The position numbers and the translations under genes were made by a program. Below the pieces are notes generated by a model. It ran no database searches, was not told the DNA's origin, and saw nothing but the letters and a program-made list of their open reading frames with translations. From assembly GCA_963667315.1 (NCBI GenBank), contig OY763325.1, positions 1,669,380 to 1,733,379 of the forward strand: a stretch of DNA of 64,000 nucleotides. The letters run 5' to 3'. Of this stretch, positions 61,076-64,000 are shown one piece after another; the stretch's first letter is position 1, and each line of letters opens with the position of its first letter. The stretch is from an uncultured Thermotogae bacterium. Lineage in GTDB: Bacteria > Thermotogota > Thermotogae > MWEM01.

Positions 61076-63148
61076 TTATTTTTCTATTTTAAATTTTTTG
61101 ATCTCTTCAGACAGTCTGACAGCCAACTCATTCAGTTCTTCAGCCGCCTTGCTGACCTGAACAGTTGAATCGCTCTGTTCCGATATTCCCCTGTTCATAT
61201 CACGCATCTGTTCGGTTATATCTTCCATTGATCTGGAAGAGGTAACCATCCCGGATGCCATCTCCTCCGTGGCAGCACTTTGCTGTTGTGCGGAAGCTGA
61301 AAGCTCTTCTATTTTACCCGTTATCGAATCAATAGAAGCTGATATACTGCCAAACTCACTTTCAATAAGCTGCGAAACTTCTACCAGCTGATCGTAAAAG
61401 GCTACCGTTTTATCTACAGCAAGATTAGCCTTTGTGGCACCATCGTCAATCTCATTGAGTATCTTTGCAATGTTTTCAGTTGCCGTTTTACTTTCTTCTG
61501 CAAGTTTTCTGATCTCATCCGCAACAACGGCAAAGCCTTTCCCGGCCTCTCCCGCTCTCGCCGCTTCTATAGCGGCATTTAACGCAAGAAGATTCGTCTG
61601 TTCTGAAATAGATGCAATCGCGTTGACGATCTGCTGAACGTTTCCGGACTTTTCCGCAACTTCTTTTACCAGTTCCATTGCCTCTTTATTTTGCTCATCT
61701 ACCTTATTCATCATCTCTTTTTGATGGTCAAGCTCCCGACTACCGGAATCCGTCGCCTGTTTCGTTGACATCGCTTCATCCGCAAGCTCCTGAGAGGTAT
61801 GTGAAACACTCTGCGCCGAAGAGGCTATTTCTTCTATCCCCGCATTGACTTCCTCTATTGAAGCCGAGGTATCTTCAACATTGTTGACAACAGATTCAGA
61901 CTGTGAATGGAGCTGCTCGCCTATCGCACTGTTTTCCTCAGATATTGATGCCAGTTCACCCGATGCCTTATCAACAGATTCAACGGCATGCTTAACGGAT
62001 AGCATGGACGCTCTCAGCGATTTGGACATCGCGTTTAAAGAATCCGCCATCTGCCCAATTTCGTCTTCATTTCTAACGTTGAATTCTCTTGTGAAATCAC
62101 CATTCCCGAATTCCACAACCCCTTCAGCCATCTGTTTTATCGGTTTTGCCAAACGTTTTCCAAGAAACAGTGAAATGAAAAGGATGGCAGTAAGAGTTAA
62201 AACGGTTATGATCAAAACAAACAATAGTAAAGTATTTAAAGAGGCCATCACTTCCGACTCCGGCACACTTTCGATGAAAACCCAGCCGGTAGATAACACT
62301 TTGAACGCCAGAATACTTCTGATTCCATTATGATTGAACCGGAATACTTCATCCCCTTCTTTAATGGCTGTCAGAAAACGGGTTTCCATATCTTTATCAA
62401 CGTCACCAAGCATCGTCCCCGATGCCAGTTCATTATGCGCAATGATCATCCCGCTGCCGTTCATCAGGAATCCCTGTCCTGTTTCATACGCCTTTGAGTT
62501 TGCAACAACTTCCTGTATATAATCAAATGAGACGTCCACACCAACAACGCCAATCACTTTGTTGTTGATCACAACAGGGGCAACAACCGAAATAATTTCA
62601 CCCAGGCCTTCCCAGTAATAGGGTTCGGTAAATACCGTTCTTCGCTGTTCTATAGGATCTTTTATCCAGCTCTGATCCTCAGAGTTACTATAATAATAAT
62701 CCAGGTCTATGTATGCCTGTCTTGTGGTTGGCTGACCTTTCATACTCTCAAATGTCAAACTGTATGCGATATCGTATTCATACGGATTCACAAAAAAATA
62801 GGCGGTAATCTGTTCCGGAATCGTCTTTGACAGTTCAATCATAATATCGCTCATCAAGCCTTTTTCATATGTTTCAAGGTAGGCAAGCCCCTCCCTTTCA
62901 ATCTCTTTCGGATCAATGGTACTTTTGATGATAGAATCCAATGATTTCACAAAATAATCAACCCGGCTGAAGAAATTCTCTATCTTCTCCGATTCTTTTA
63001 AAGCAATCTCATGAAGTGTCTTTTCACCTTCAGCCATCATGATCGACCTTGTGTTCAGTGTAAAGAAAACAGAAATAATCAGTGCAACAACAAGTGATGC
63101 CAGAAAAATGTTCAGGACAATTTTCGCTGTCAGACTCTTTTTAAACAT
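61076..63148 (-). CDS. Methyl-accepting chemotaxis protein with double-Cache-like sensor (tandem paralog)
   Basis: 690 aa; same architecture and near-identical signalling domain as 58601-60670. Confidence 0.9.
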   Translation of the reverse strand: MFKKSLTAKIVLNIFLASLVVALIISVFFTLNTRSIMMAEGEKTLHEIALKESEKIENFFSRVDYFVKSLDSIIKSTIDPKEIEREGLAYLETYEKGLMSDIMIELSKTIPEQITAYFFVNPYEYDIAYSLTFESMKGQPTTRQAYIDLDYYYSNSEDQSWIKDPIEQRRTVFTEPYYWEGLGEIISVVAPVVINNKVIGVVGVDVSFDYIQEVVANSKAYETGQGFLMNGSGMIIAHNELASGTMLGDVDKDMETRFLTAIKEGDEVFRFNHNGIRSILAFKVLSTGWVFIESVPESEVMASLNTLLLFVLIITVLTLTAILFISLFLGKRLAKPIKQMAEGVVEFGNGDFTREFNVRNEDEIGQMADSLNAMSKSLRASMLSVKHAVESVDKASGELASISEENSAIGEQLHSQSESVVNNVEDTSASIEEVNAGIEEIASSAQSVSHTSQELADEAMSTKQATDSGSRELDHQKEMMNKVDEQNKEAMELVKEVAEKSGNVQQIVNAIASISEQTNLLALNAAIEAARAGEAGKGFAVVADEIRKLAEESKTATENIAKILNEIDDGATKANLAVDKTVAFYDQLVEVSQLIESEFGSISASIDSITGKIEELSASAQQQSAATEEMASGMVTSSRSMEDITEQMRDMNRGISEQSDSTVQVSKAAEELNELAVRLSEEIKKFKIEK

Positions 63149-63245
63149 GTTTATCCCTCCAAAATTTACCGTTATACTTTTTAAGACGAATATAACATAA
63201 ATAATTCTTTATTCGTTATTTTACACGACAAATGTTTGGAGAATA

Positions 63246-63290
63246 TAAAAACAAGCCGGATCAAAAATTGATCCGGCTTGTTTTATATTT
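63246..63290. terminator. Bidirectional terminator
   Basis: ACAAGCCGGATCAaaaatTGATCCGGCTTGT followed by TTTATATTTT. Confidence 0.6.
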
Positions 63291-63294
63291 TAAT

Positions 63295-64000
63295 TTAGAT
63301 TTTTTCAACTTTCATTTTCATAAACGTAAGTGGTGTTTCACTGAGCGTTGTCAGGGAATCAGAAGAAGTTCCAAGATAATCTTTCCCGAACATATCATAG
63401 ACATTTGACGTAAGATTGAGTTGCGGGAGCCTTCCGATAAATTTCTCCCCATCAAAGAGGAAAGAAGTTTGAACCGGTGTGGCATATTTCCCTTCCGGTG
63501 TAAAATCCCCACCGGATGCAAACATGACAAAGATTGCCTTTTCGCCATTCAGCAATTCCACTATCGTTTTTTCGGATTTCTTTATCACCAGCGGTGTCGG
63601 TGATAATCCCGGAACAGAATCATACTCGCCATGAGCGGATCCTGTCAACGCCAGGTCATATTGTTTTGCCGTTTTCTTATCCGTGTACGGTGCTTTTAAA
63701 ACACCGTCCCCCACGAGCGTATATCGGAAAGCTTCATTCACAGTCCCCTCCGCATCAAAAAACGGGTTGTTCAACATACCGTCTTCAGGATTGGTTGACT
63801 GATAAAGTGTGAAATCTTCCGAGAAGAGCTTTTCACCAATTTTACCGGTAAAGATAGAGCCTCCAGTACCAAATTTTAAGCCATGCAGTTCAGAATACAA
63901 TTTGTTCATAAAATCGCAGCCCATCGGCTGCAGGATAACTTTGTGGACACCGTTTTCGATATCCACCTGATTGGATAAACCATTGCAGATCATTTCGGCA
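63295..64000 (-). CDS. TldD/PmbA family (peptidase U62-like) protein, C-terminal part; the gene runs off the window end
   Basis: C-terminal pattern (GLSPTPLVIKKSEK...FASGGDF...SFLFDGEKF...LNLTSNVYDMF) parallels PmbA/TldD C-terminal blocks (SPTNFFIKPG...GFWIENGEI...ITIAGNLKDM). Confidence 0.5.
   Translation of the reverse strand, partial: AEMICNGLSNQVDIENGVHKVILQPMGCDFMNKLYSELHGLKFGTGGSIFTGKIGEKLFSEDFTLYQSTNPEDGMLNNPFFDAEGTVNEAFRYTLVGDGVLKAPYTDKKTAKQYDLALTGSAHGEYDSVPGLSPTPLVIKKSEKTIVELLNGEKAIFVMFASGGDFTPEGKYATPVQTSFLFDGEKFIGRLPQLNLTSNVYDMFGKDYLGTSSDSLTTLSETPLTFMKMKVEKI

Noticed and set aside
1-64000. Search for CRISPR arrays, integrases, transposases, toxin-antitoxin pairs or known defence-system signatures
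   Set aside because: None seen. There are no regularly spaced direct repeats, no recombinase or transposase-like ORFs, and no short adjacent toxin/antitoxin-sized gene pairs with recognisable motifs.

Overview
This window looks like a ~64 kb chromosomal stretch from a low-GC, probably anaerobic bacterium. Ribosome-binding sites are consistently GGAGG-like, genes are densely packed on both strands, and there are many hairpin-plus-T-run terminators. I found no CRISPR array, integrase, transposase or obvious prophage.

Gene content, in order:
- The partial N-terminus of a DegV-family gene at the left edge.
- A MarR regulator followed by two overlapping ABC exporter genes, then a large exported protein with an HExxH motif and MORN/YwqK-type repeats.
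- A Crp/Fnr regulator next to a split two-gene permease whose C-terminus carries a CGxCGxxGC cysteine motif.
- pckA, a rubrerythrin-like gene, metG and gyrA.
- A ~60 bp tandem hairpin-containing repeat after gyrA.
- A STAS-domain anti-sigma antagonist, a lipoprotein, an FtsB-like gene, an RsmJ-like methyltransferase and miaA.
- A tRNA-Ser/tRNA-Arg pair with its own promoter, followed by a PLD-family lipoprotein.
- A signalling block: a methyl-accepting chemotaxis protein, a REC-GGDEF protein with a GGDDF variant, a hybrid histidine kinase and an orphan LivJ-type binding protein.
- proC and an alpha/beta hydrolase.
- A putative ornithine/2,4-diaminopentanoate cluster (ord-ortA-ortB), called mainly from gene order and preceded by a perfect palindrome at its promoter.
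- Two tandem DegV genes and a TetR regulator. The TetR has a TGAC(C/T)-N3-(G/A)GTCA palindrome upstream of its own gene and a related one upstream of fabF-fabK-fabD-acpP.
- A cysteine-motif hypothetical protein, a type-A chloramphenicol acetyltransferase and an Eis-like GNAT, set in AT-rich flanks.
- A carbohydrate locus: a nucleotidyltransferase/phosphomutase fusion, a CUT1 ABC sugar transporter, a NAGPA-like protein and a ROK regulator.
- An HD-GYP protein, an MFS transporter, a fourth DegV, a PiT-like phosphate transporter, two tandem dCache chemoreceptor paralogs and a partial TldD/PmbA-like gene at the right edge.

None of these is a clear-cut novel system. The candidates I rate highest are the exported HExxH-MORN protein, the ord-ortAB cluster with its operator, the TetR/fab/DegV regulon, the repeat element after gyrA and the cat/Eis/hypothetical trio. 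All functional assignments rest on motif recognition and gene context only; I ran no database searches.
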